Source: Takakia lepidozioides (lineage: Eukaryota; Plantae; Bryophyta). From it: a stretch of 64,000 bases of DNA. This document shows, piece after piece, positions 39,646-50,800 of this stretch (position 1 is its first letter; the number at the start of each line of letters is the position of its first letter). A program made the position numbers and the translations under genes. Where the stretch lies: contig CM060734.1 in assembly GCA_030704615.1 (NCBI GenBank), positions 34,410,001 through 34,474,000 on the forward strand, read 5' to 3'. The notes beneath the pieces were generated by a model, which saw only the letters and a list, made by a program, of their open reading frames with translations, had not been told where the DNA came from and searched no databases.

Positions 39646-42600
39646 ATGGATATAGGGTCGGATGAGCATCACGTGGTGGTGGGGAGGATGGAGATGGGGC
39701 CGGATGGACTGAGGCTGTTGGAGGAGAACGGAGAGAGAATTATGTATGGCGAGAAAGACGTGGATGAGAGAGACAACGAATATGGTGACGGAGAGAATGG
39801 AGATGTAGGCGAGTACGCGGTGGGGACTCAGAATGGGGCTAAACACGTGGAAGAAGCGGAGGAACTGGAGCCGAAGCTGGAGCTGCTTAGGGTTGATGCA
39901 AAGCTTGAGGGACGAGACCGGCAGATGAGCGAGGGCGATGTAGGGACCACGCAAAGTCCGCAGCCGGGAAAATCCGGTAGGGGAAGGTCCTCAAGAGACC
40001 CTGCGATTGAATGGAGCGATGGCGCCACCAGTGTATTGCTGCAGGCATTCGGGGAAAAGTATCGGGCGCTGGACCGGGGGAATTTTACCAGCAAGATATG
40101 GGCCGACATTGCTGCGCGCGTGAATGCTCGTGCATGCTTGCAGATTGGGAGTCCCAAATTGCAGGAGTCATGTCGCATGAAGGTTTGTACTGTGTTTTTT
40201 TTGCTGCAATGTGTAGGCGGTCGGTAAGGTCAGGCATGGATTAAGGAAATGAGAAAATAAGGGAAAGAAAGAAGTTGATAGAACGGTAATCCCTGCCGAT
40301 GACCTGTATATTTATTCTTTCTTGAATTTGCAATAGCTAACTGTTGTAAAATGAGGATGCAAGAATGTTGACAATTATACTACAAGAAGATTGAAATCTT
40401 GGTGCTGAGTTATTAGCACACTCTAATGAACCCCCGATGAATATTGGGAAGTGCTTTTGCGGTCATTGTGAACGCTTTGCAAGCTACTACCAACCCACAG
40501 TACGTGAGGAAGGAGAGTTTCCCTTTGGTACAAAAGCGCAAAAAGTCAGTCCTCATCTGGGTGGGGTGGGGGGGAATGTTTATGTATTACACTGGATGAA
40601 TCAGCAGTTGGTCTGCATTGATTTGATCTTCTTGAACGATGCAGCAATTTTGTTGTGCTTTGTCCAATTTTATAAAAAAGAGTAATAGCAAGGAGATAAG
40701 TCTTGGAATCCAGCATTCACTTTGGGAAATTTGAAGCCGAAAACTCAAGACAGTTGAAATAGATCTACTACAAGGCGGAGTTTCTTTGGAGAGTTTCTTT
40801 AGACTGGCCTCAGTGAATTCGAAAAAACACAACATCATTGCTGTGTTCATCTGAGGACATCATTAGCTGCTTAGGCATATCTTCCTGAAGTTATGAGAAG
40901 GGTAAAATGGCTTGTTGAAGTAGGGAAGACAAGAAGATAGGAAAGTGGCTGACAAAGTAGGCAGAAGGTTAGAGGGCCCGTGGATTGGCAGGCTACATAT
41001 GAAGCATGCCTATCCTTAAAGTCTTATGGATGGTTGGTCTATGACGTATATATGGTCGTATATGTATATAACATTGGACTATGAATATCACTCCCAAATA
41101 TTTTAGATAGTGTTTTGTTCAGCTGCATAGTTTGCTCACACTCTTTGTTAACGTGGGCAGGGCATGAATGGCGGAAGTGGCGAAGTCACTCCCAAGACCC
41201 AGGAGCAATGTCGTATAAAGGTCAGTATTTAGATCTCCAAGTCATACCAGTATTTTGTATTTGCATACTTTGTCAGGGGAGACAGATGCTTGTCCCCCAA
41301 GGTGATTGGCACATGTTCGTAATGTTCAATTTATGACACCTGTTAAAATGTAGTGCAGGCATTTACTATTTGCTTTCCCCCTTGAAGTAGGTTAAGTACT
41401 TTCTGATGAGAATCCTCCTTTTCATTCCATGTAATCAACATTTTTATGGCATTGTTTATTTGTCAAGAGATTATGACTTGGAAAGATGCAAGGGTGTGTA
41501 TCGACTGTCTAGACATACTATCTGAGATAAACCTTATGTGTAGGAATATTTTTTATTACTATGTGTGGTAGTGTTGGTTCTGTAGTTTCTTGTCATTAGG
41601 TGCATCCATTACATCCTAAGTCTATTCCATTGCGCTTGTATCCAACAATATTAGACTCTTTCTGAACATTCAAGAATTATACAAGACTCTCCTACTTTTG
41701 TTCCAGTGAGACTATCTAGAAATTCAAAACTATCAGTAGATAAGAAAATGGTATCTGAACTAAACAAATTCTGTCTCGTAGATTTTTAAAATAGTACTTC
41801 TGTTGTCATTAGTTAGTTGTATTAATGTAAGCTAGACTAGTTTCACATTCACATTTCTACTTGGCAGATGGCTATGGCATGTATACCTTGTCCAATTGTT
41901 TGAATTTCCATGTATATGAGTCAGGATCATTTCGTTCTGATCTTTCTTATGTGGTGTGAAATCTGAAATCATACATGTATTACTGTATATTTAGTATATG
42001 CCTCGTACTATACACCTGGTTTGTACTTTTCCGTTTGTACTTTTCATGAGATGCATTGTTTTCTGAAGGAAATTTTTTCTTTGTGCTGAATTAAGGTGGA
42101 TAACCTGAAGAAACGGTTCAAGGTTGAGAGGGAAAAGAAACGTGTATCCGGATCAATGACATCGAAGTGGCCTTTTTATGACATTATGGATGAGCTCATT
42201 GGTGCCAACCCCAGACACTCACGTGGAGGAGGGGGTGACTCTCCTGGAATAGCGGTCGACAATGGTGGGCAACCCCTTGCTATCCGGACCTCTGGTGAAG
42301 AAGGTGAGCCTCGCCTCTTCATTGAAGCTGGTGGTGGGGAGGGTGACCAGACATCAGAAACTGTTCCCAAAGCCTCTCCAGTTGTTGGCAGAGGAAAGAG
42401 GAAGAGGGCACTAGAAGATCTTGAGCGGGAACGTGTGAATGCCCCTTCACTAAGAGCTCTCTTTGAGGGGTTCAATATACCTCCAGTTATAATTGATGCA
42501 ATGGTACATGAAGATCTAGACGAGAACACTCTTCTGAACTCAAAAGATATTTCAGCATTGATTGATCAAGTGCGGTCAAAGCACCGACTGCATATCAAAC

Positions 42601-42668
42601 TAGGCCCTGCCGAACGAATTAAGCAAGCGGTTGAGGAGGCCAGGGAGAAGAAACAAGCACCCTCATAG
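39646..42668 (+). CDS. Trihelix (Myb/SANT-like) transcription factor with C-terminal SAM-like domain, copy A
   Basis: Exons 39646-40182, 41161-41220, 42096-42668, all phase 0. The trihelix signature reads EWSDGATSVLLQAF...WADIAARVN...PKTQEQCRIK|VDNLKKRFKVE...WPFYDIMDELIG. NLS-like RGKRKR. The start codon and last exon are uncertain. Confidence 0.85.
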
Positions 42669-42713
42669 GCATCTTTTTCTTATTTTGGGCAGAGGGAAAA
42701 GGGGAGAGAGAGA

Positions 42714-42760
42714 TTGTACTCATAAGACGTTGTTTGCCGTAGCCTTGTGGCCATTGACCC
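42714..42760 (-). mobile_element. 47-bp extreme 3' end of the LINE inserted in a (GA)n tract, 15-bp TSD
   Basis: TTGTACTCATAAGACGTTGTTTGCCGTAGCCTTGTGGCCATTGACCC matches 6126-6172. AAGGGGAGAGAGAGA lies at 42699-42713 and 42761-42775. Absent from the paralogous region after 52749. Confidence 0.88.
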
Positions 42761-44859
42761 AAGGGGAGAGAGAGAGAGAGAGAGAGAGAGGATGAAAGAG
42801 AGGGTGGGGGCAAGGGTTGGGAGGATAAGGGGGTCTGCGTGGATGGGGTTGAAGGAGAGTGTATGGCCCACAGTGAGGGGGGAAGGGGGGCCTCTGATGG
42901 AGGGATTGGGCAAAGTTGTACATTGGACCAGCAAACCTATACTACAAGTTTAGGGACAGGGGAGGGGTGAGGAAGGGGAGAGCAATAAGAGAGCAAGGTT
43001 ATCTCACCTTGTTGTGCACAAAGACAAGAGTTCCTCCACTTTAGGGGACAAGGAAGACAGAGATCAACTCCAAAGGATAAGTTAAGAGGGATGGTCATTA
43101 CCATCTTCGAGTATGCGATACGGAATTTTTTGAGCAGTGCACTGAAATCAGTTGGCCGTGTTACAAGAGGTCTTTCTTAACGTGGTGTCAAGGGGAAACA
43201 GGAGTTATCCCTCATCCCACATGAAATTTTATAGAGGAGCACAGGGGGTGCTAGAAACAACAAAACATATTCATAGAAACATCCTGTAAATGAGACTTAT
43301 ACAACTTGCTTCCAAACCAGCTTGAGGGGGAATTTCCCTTGATCAGTATGGCAGACACACACCATACTTCTCAATTTGACAATTTTGGTTCCTTAGTTTA
43401 TCTATTTGTCTTTTCCGGTTGAAATCATTTTTTTTCTCTTCCCAAGGGCACAATGGACATATCTTGGATGCTCATGTGAGGAAATGATCACCTCATCACT
43501 CTGGTAGCAAGGTTTCTGATTCATATGCGGTTGAAAAGATTCACACGTACATACAATGAAGGCATTCAACATGATTTTGTGAAGTTGGTTGAGAGGAGGC
43601 CAAGTGCATCATGAGAAGGTGCAAGTTTCTCCCAGTACATATAAGTAGAATATTGTACAATAAGCAGGATTCATCATGTTAGTTATTGTTGCTTGAGACA
43701 GTTTTTTGGCCAAATCTGTAGGGCTGCAGCACCCAAGAGAGGGTCACTGAAAATCTGAATTAGGACATCACAATTTGATTCTTATTTTAGGAGATGTGAG
43801 TAGTACATATGAGTGGAATATAAGAGAATGAGTGGCATTCATCATCCTAGTTATCATTGCTTGGGACACCTTTGTTATGACTGCTTTTGTGCTTAAGAGA
43901 GACATGGACAGTCTACACTAGTATGCTATATTGTGAAGACCAAGTATTTGTCATTAGATACACTGTAGTGTCATTTTCCTATTGTTCAAGTATTAGTAGA
44001 GTGAACCTAATTTTTTGTTGGAAGTATCTTCAATCCCTGGCTGTCATTTTAAGAGTACCGTTAAGAGTTGCTGTCTCAACAGTGATGTATTAACTTAAGT
44101 ATTATCTTCTCTTTGTTATTCTTTTGCAGGGATCAAAGGATGCTCAAGCCCAGTTGAGATATGCAGGGTTATGGCAGAGTCCAGATATAAAGGTCTCCCA
44201 TGGGACCTGCAAGCCAAGACATTAGTGGACACCCCAGTTGATTACGGTTAGTACTCTGGAAAGAGCATAAGAGATAGACACAATTTTGTTCGAAATACAC
44301 AATTCTTTGGTTGCATTGCACTATGCCAATCGGAAGCCTTGAGAAAAATCTTGGCTTAGGTTAACAAAGACCGGTGCATCTAATTTTCAACCACCAATAT
44401 AAAAAGAACCTTACTTCTCATACTTCTTACTAGCAACCCCATTTGTACACAATAAACAAGGGAAGAGTTTTCCAGGTGAGCCTTGATGGATCTGCTTTAT
44501 GTGACTTTGGAAGTGCTTGTGATTAGTTGTCCTTCTCCATGCCATTTTGGGAAGTGCTTGAGTGTTTGTTTTCTTTCATGCTAGTTTTAATCCAATTTCA
44601 CAAGTAGCCTAGTAGATGCTATGATGAGGGCTATGCTGACTGCACCATTTGTCTTACTGCACTTTGGCTCTTGGGCTATTTGAGGGCACAATCTGTCTTG
44701 GCCCTTTCTGGCCACTGGGCATTCATGGGTTTGCTTTGTTAAGGGCGTCTTGGAACTTACAAGACATTAGTTTGAGATGAGAATTTTACAAGGATGATTA
44801 TTTGAGGCAATGCACTCTGTTGGACCATGAATCCCATTGCTCTAGCCTCATCATTCGTA

Positions 44860-45430
44860 GGTAGAAGATTGGGAGACATTTCTAGCCTTAGCAAACTGTT
44901 CCGCTGATTGAGTTGAGGTGTCACATTGTGCTGCCTCCCAAGAGGTTGAACTTCACTTTGTAGCCTTAGCAAAATGTTCCGCTAAAAGAGTTGCCTGAGT
45001 CTCATTGGTCATATATAGAAGGTTAGGACACATAGCGTTAGCAACTCGCCCACCTGATTGAGTTGCACCGTCCTCATTGGCCATCTGTAGAAGATTGGGA
45101 CACACTTCCAGCTATAGAAAATTTGTTTGCCTAATTGAGTTGGTGGATATATGTGTCTGTCTAGAGATGCGGAGAGACATGCATCAGGATTGGTTTCCAT
45201 GACCCTTCATATCTCTGGGCTCCTAAGTAGCTACACTGAGGTTAATTGTCGAAATCAGATGCAGGTTATCGGAAGTAGTGCAGCCTATTTCCCTTCCATC
45301 ATGAATCAAAGGGACTTAGTTCCAACCTTAGCAAACAGTTGTTCATTTAGTTGCATTACCCTGGTCCAGTTTGTTACAGGGAGTTGGGTTGAACATATTT
45401 CCATACTTGGCAAGTTGTTCCGGAAGTTGG
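44860..45430. repeat. Degenerate ~75-bp tandem repeat
   Basis: Recurring AGA(T/G)TGGGA(G/C)ACA...AGCCTTAGCAAA...TGAGTTG units, about 5-6 copies. Confidence 0.5.
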
Positions 45431-47370
45431 TGTTGTCTAAGAGGTGGCTATGCCATAGTTCACAATGTTATCTTTTTCTCTTTTCTCCAACTCTCTTGCC
45501 ACTGATAGTCACAAGGGAGGTGGAAAGGGGTTCTTAGCAATTTGGGTTAGGCCTTGTGGAGATTTAGGAACTGGATTCCTTTCCGGTGGAATTCAAATCT
45601 CCCCAAGAGTTTGAATTGCAGCATGGATGTACATAACTCAACCAATGGTTTTTTTTCCATTTTTCCAGAGTCACAGGCAGGGCCACATGTGAATTTAACC
45701 GAGTTCCCATGTGGCGAGAAAAACGAGGTGACAGGTTAGAAAAGGGGCTATATACCCGGTGGTACGTTAACTGGTCCATGGCAAAATTAGACTTCTGGTA
45801 CTCAATTTTGGCGCTTTTTGGCAAAATTTTGAAATTTGAACTCCAATGATTCCCTTGTACAAGTAGCTGACCCACTTTCCAGGTCAAACTAGATATTTTT
45901 CACGAGAGAAAAAAACACTGAACTAACTGAGATGTATTTAAGGGGCTGAAATGGGTTCCATCTTTCGTCAAATCTACCCCAATATGCAGTGGAGTCATAA
46001 AGTTTTCAATTCCAATCTCCATCAGCAGCTCTAGTTCAAAACGTTCCAAAAGAATATGCACTTTCATGTGTTTCTGAAATGACAAAACTGTGATTAGCTT
46101 TTGTTGGAAACCATTTTTGCTTAGCATTGGTGAGTAATTTGCATGTGAAACATCACCTTGTTGCCACTGGTCCAGTGTCTTTGGAGGGGCTAGCTGCAAC
46201 TGTGTTGCAAGCTACTGTCCTTTTCAACCATCAAAATATGTTTGGGAAAGAATAGTGAGGAAGTACAACCAGTTCACCAGAGGCTCTACAACACCAATTC
46301 AAATGAACATTTAATAACCCTGAATAGATCTTGGTAGCCATCTTTTGGAAAAATCAAACAACTGAAAGCGAAACTCCAACCGTACCATACCCATTCAAAC
46401 TCATCTCAAGCTGCCTCCCCTAATGGTTGCCATCGTGAACAAAGCATGTACACACATAACTTATCAGAACCCCTACTGAAATGCCCCCCAGATGCAACTG
46501 AAGAAAACCCCTGATGAGTTCAGTGTCCATCTCAGAAGTCTTAATCTTGGTGGAAGTGCACAAAACACAATCCAACGCCTTGCTGTACATAACTTTGAAT
46601 CACCAGAATAACTAGTACCTGTTTGTGCATCACATTTAGTGCTGTAAGACTTGCCATTGAATAACCACTGATGCACCCCAACATCTGCGATCACTCTAAA
46701 TCACCCCCATAGCTGTATGTGCATCACCAAGGAAAGCTTTCATCTAATCTGAGCAAGTGCTTGCGCCCATCTCTAGAGTATTCAGCTTTGTGAACAGGTT
46801 CAGAGAGGGCGTACACACATGATATGACACATACACCTGTGCCTGTAAATGTCCATCTAATCCAAGCAAATGAAAACACCTGTAAGTTGAAGCATACATC
46901 AAATCCAAGCAAGTGACATCTGTGAGTGTCTATGTCCACCTATCCAAGCGAGCGTAGTGTCCATCTCATGAGTTCTCGGCTTTATGAACTTGTACGGAGA
47001 GAGTGTAGAAACGCGGACTGCAAAAACCTGGTTTACTGGCAAGACATACATACGAATTGACACTACTCAGCTCTCACATCAGTAAGGCCATCCACTCGTG
47101 AGAATTGAAAACACTGCACTGTGCCACCAGCTAGGGTAAGCCCGCACAAAAACACGGCCCTCCCAAATCACACACGTGCCAACAACAACCCACTAGGCAC
47201 ACACAGAGAGAGGGAAAACATCAACATCTCCAAGCCAACCCTCCTACGTGCCGACAACGCCCCTGCACAAACAGAGAGGGAAAACATCTGCATCTCCAAA
47301 CTCGAAACCCTCTCCACATCAGCTAGCATGTCCTCTAGTCTACAAGCGGCGCACTTTGATCCTGCCCTAC

Positions 47371-47489
47371 TTTGCACCACAGCTTATTAGTGCTTTCTCC
47401 AAACACATCTTTGCACCACAGCTTACTAGTACTTTCTCCAAACACATCTTTGCACCACAGCTTATTAGTGCTTTCTCCAAACACATCCT
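47371..47489. repeat. 39-bp minisatellite, 3 copies, upstream of trihelix copy B
   Basis: TTTGCACCACAGCTTA(T/C)TAGT(G/A)CTTTCTCCAAACACATC starting at 47371, 47410 and 47449. Confidence 0.9.
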
Positions 47490-47898
47490 TTTGTGGGCCC
47501 CGCAGCCAACCCATTCCACCATCGCCAGGAGCTTCACCGCTCTCTTCCAGGAGCAGGAAGCACCGGAGAAGACGACAAGGAATTCCAGGGAAGCAAACAA
47601 AGCGAAGACGAAGAGAGAAGAGAGTGGAAGGGCGGCCGGCGCACCGCAACTGGTTTGCTGCTTTGCGATCGTAGCGTCCAGGTTCGTCCACGTGGAGTCT
47701 GGGGAGCGCAGGATGGGAATGGGGAGGAATGTGGGCCGTTGGAGGGAAAAGACGATGGGTTTGGGCGGGGCGGGGGGGTGACCCCGGGGCGGGGTAAAAT
47801 GGACGAACAGGGATGAAACAGTTATGGTATGTAACGAGAGCTTTGCAACAGATTTCAGCGAGCGAGAGAGAAAGAGCCGCAGCGTGGGTGCGAGCAGG

Positions 47899-50800
47899 AT
47901 GATGGAGGACGGCAAGATCGATATCGGCTCCGACGAACATCATGTGGTGGTGGGCCGCATGGAGATGGGGCCGGATGGACTCAGGCTGCTGGAAGATCAC
48001 GGGGACAGAATCATGTATGGCGAGAAGGAGATGGATGACGACGATGACAAAGATGTGGAGGAAGAGAACGAGTATGGAGACGGGGAGAACGTGGATCAAG
48101 ACAATGGCGATGGGGGGGAGTACGGGGTGGACCTAGGGAATGGAGGAAAACATTTGGAGGACGGGGATGACCTGGAGCCCAAACTGGAGATGCTTAGGGT
48201 TGAGGCCAAGCTTGATGGAAGAGATAGGCAGATGAGCGAGGGGGACGTGGGAACTACAAACAGTCCGCAGCTAGGGAAATCCGGGAGAGGACGGCCGTCG
48301 AGAGATCCTGCGATTGAATGGAGCGAGGGCGCAACCACAGTGTTGCTCCAGGCGTTCGGGGACAAGTATCGAGCCCTTGATAGAGGAAATTTCACCAGCA
48401 AAATATGGGCCGACATTGCGGCGCGCGTGAATGCTCGTACCATGATGGAGATTGGGAGTCCCAAGTTCAACGAGCATGGCCGCATGAAGGTTTGTTCTCT
48501 TGTTCTGTTTAGCACTGTTTCTGTGTGGCATGAGAGTATGTACTGCTTTATTAGCTTCTAAGGCGATGCTTGTGGGAGGGAGGGAGGCACAGTTATGCTC
48601 TTTAACGAGTCCAACTATAAATACTTCAGGGGACGATCTCCACTGGAGATATGCAGCACGGGAACAGAAGAAATATGAGTTTGCTACAGCAATATCTTTG
48701 AAAGCCTTCTCCCATGCCATGTTATTTGAGCTTTGAAACCTAGTCCTTTTTAACTATCAAGTATGGAGGCAAATAAGTTTTTGAGTTATTCCTCCTGTTT
48801 TCCTATTGACTTGGAAAACCAAGTATAGAGAGAATGAGTTGATATGAAAGTTTTCTTGGAAGCCAATAAGCTCAGAATTGAGTTCTCTACCAAGATCACA
48901 TATTGACTCTTCTTCATGAGTTTTGCATGATAGTAGTGGTACTTTTTCAGCCAGAAGTGAGTGGGACCCTCATAAATTGGCATGTGTTGTTGTGGCGCTG
49001 TTGTCATGTCGGTAGCATCAAGTTTTCAGTCACATGTGGGGGGGACTGTTAAAAAGAGAGCGCAACAACTAGACTTAGAATTGGTAGTCAGGAAGGTAGG
49101 GGGGTTGCCTATCTCGGTATTTTCTATCTCAAAATATTCTGTCAAAGTAATAGTGAATCAAGTGGTCAAGAGGTTTGTCTATTTGATACCATGTTGGGAG
49201 GGAACTGTGAAGTGCTACTAGGCTTTTCTCTAAGGGGGCAGAGTTTCAGGTTCAAGAAAGTAGTTGTTTATTGAGTTAGGAGGGTTTTATGTGGCTTGTC
49301 TATTGCGACTCGGCTTTCTATTGTGGAGTGCTACCAGGCTTTTCCTTAGTGGGTTTGTGTATTGTTTTAGGAGAGTATTGCGGGTGCAACAGGCTTTGCT
49401 AAGGGGTTCATTGAATCAGGCCCTATTGCATAGTACTATGAGGCTTTCCTTTTAGGAGGGAACCTTGTGCTATTAGGAGGGTAGTGCAAAGTGCTACAAG
49501 GAAGTGCCACCAGTCTTTTCTTTAAGGGGGTGAGGCTTCTTTATCGAATTGGGAGGGTATTCTGGAGAGCAACCAATCTTTTGTTGAAAGGCGCAGGTTT
49601 GTCTTAGAGTCATGAAAATAGTTGTTTATTGAGTAAGGAGGTTAGTGCAAAGTGATACGAGATGTCTATTGCAAAGTTCTACCAGGCTTTTCACTAAGGG
49701 GAGAGGCTTTTTTATCGAATTATGAGGATTTTCTGGAGTGCAATCAGGCTTTTCTTGAAGGGGTGTTGCCTCAGAGTCAACCAAGGTGTTCATTGAGTTC
49801 GGAGCAAAGTGCTACTAGGCTTTTCGTTAAGGGGGGAGGCTGGTTTATTGAATTAGGAGGATATTCCCGAGTGCTACTAGGCTTTTCTATTGCAGAGTGC
49901 TGCTACCAGGTTTTTCTTTAAGGGGGGAGGGCTGTCTTAGAGTCAAGAAAATAGTGAATCAAATGGGTTGTTTATTGCGGTAGGAGGTTATTGTGTGTGC
50001 TAGGTAGTAGTCATTTGTTAAAAAAGGAGAGGTTGTAATCGTGAAGTACAATGCTAATCTTTCTTGCTTTGTCTCAGCAAGTGGTTACTGATACAGTTTG
50101 CCAGACTTCTTGAAGGAGATAGAGACTATGTTTTCCAATTTTGTCCTGCCTTGGTTACAGTTTTCTATTTGTTCCAAAAAGAATCTTTAGAAAGTTATAT
50201 TCAAGGAATCTGAGGTCTATGTGACGTAGTGATTTTGACCAGTTGCTGCTTAGAAGTATCTTGCTTATCTCCTAAGTGCTGCTCACATTCTCTGGTCTAA
50301 CATTATGTCTAGTGTCAGAGTTGTCAAGCTGCATTAAACTATTGCTTTCTGAGTTCTGGAGGTGCAATAAATCGTACTGAGCCATTGAAGAAATGAATGA
50401 AACTCATTATTAAGAGCTAATTTGCACTTGAGTGTCAGTGACGATTTCAATAGTTTGTGGCTCAAGATTTGACTACTTAAGGGTTGGGCGGCACCTACCA
50501 GTTATCCCCCCAGTTAAGCTAACTTAGCCAAAAGGAGTTAGAGTAACAGTTGCCGCACCTACCAGTTAGCTAACAGCTAGGCTAACTATTGTTAGGTAGA
50601 CTCTTAGCTGGTATGAATGATAATAAATAAATTTAACACTGGCTCCTAAGAAGTAATTGTAGCATCCATAGAGTGTGTTTTGTCCACACAGGCCACAGTG
50701 GTATGTTTATGCTGATATACCATTACTCACAAAGTATGTCAGCTATATATGTTGCTATGTCCCTTTTAGTTTGCTTTACACTCTCCTAAGGCTTAACTGG

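Noticed and set aside
39253-48100. Long antisense ORFs 39253-39954, 47335-48099 and 47367-47915
   Set aside because: These are shadows of GA-rich coding sequence and of the 39-bp (multiple of three) repeat.
49210-49930. Repeat-spacer pattern in the trihelix-B intron as a CRISPR-like or ncRNA array
   Set aside because: Linkers are mutually related and irregular, consistent with a decayed minisatellite.
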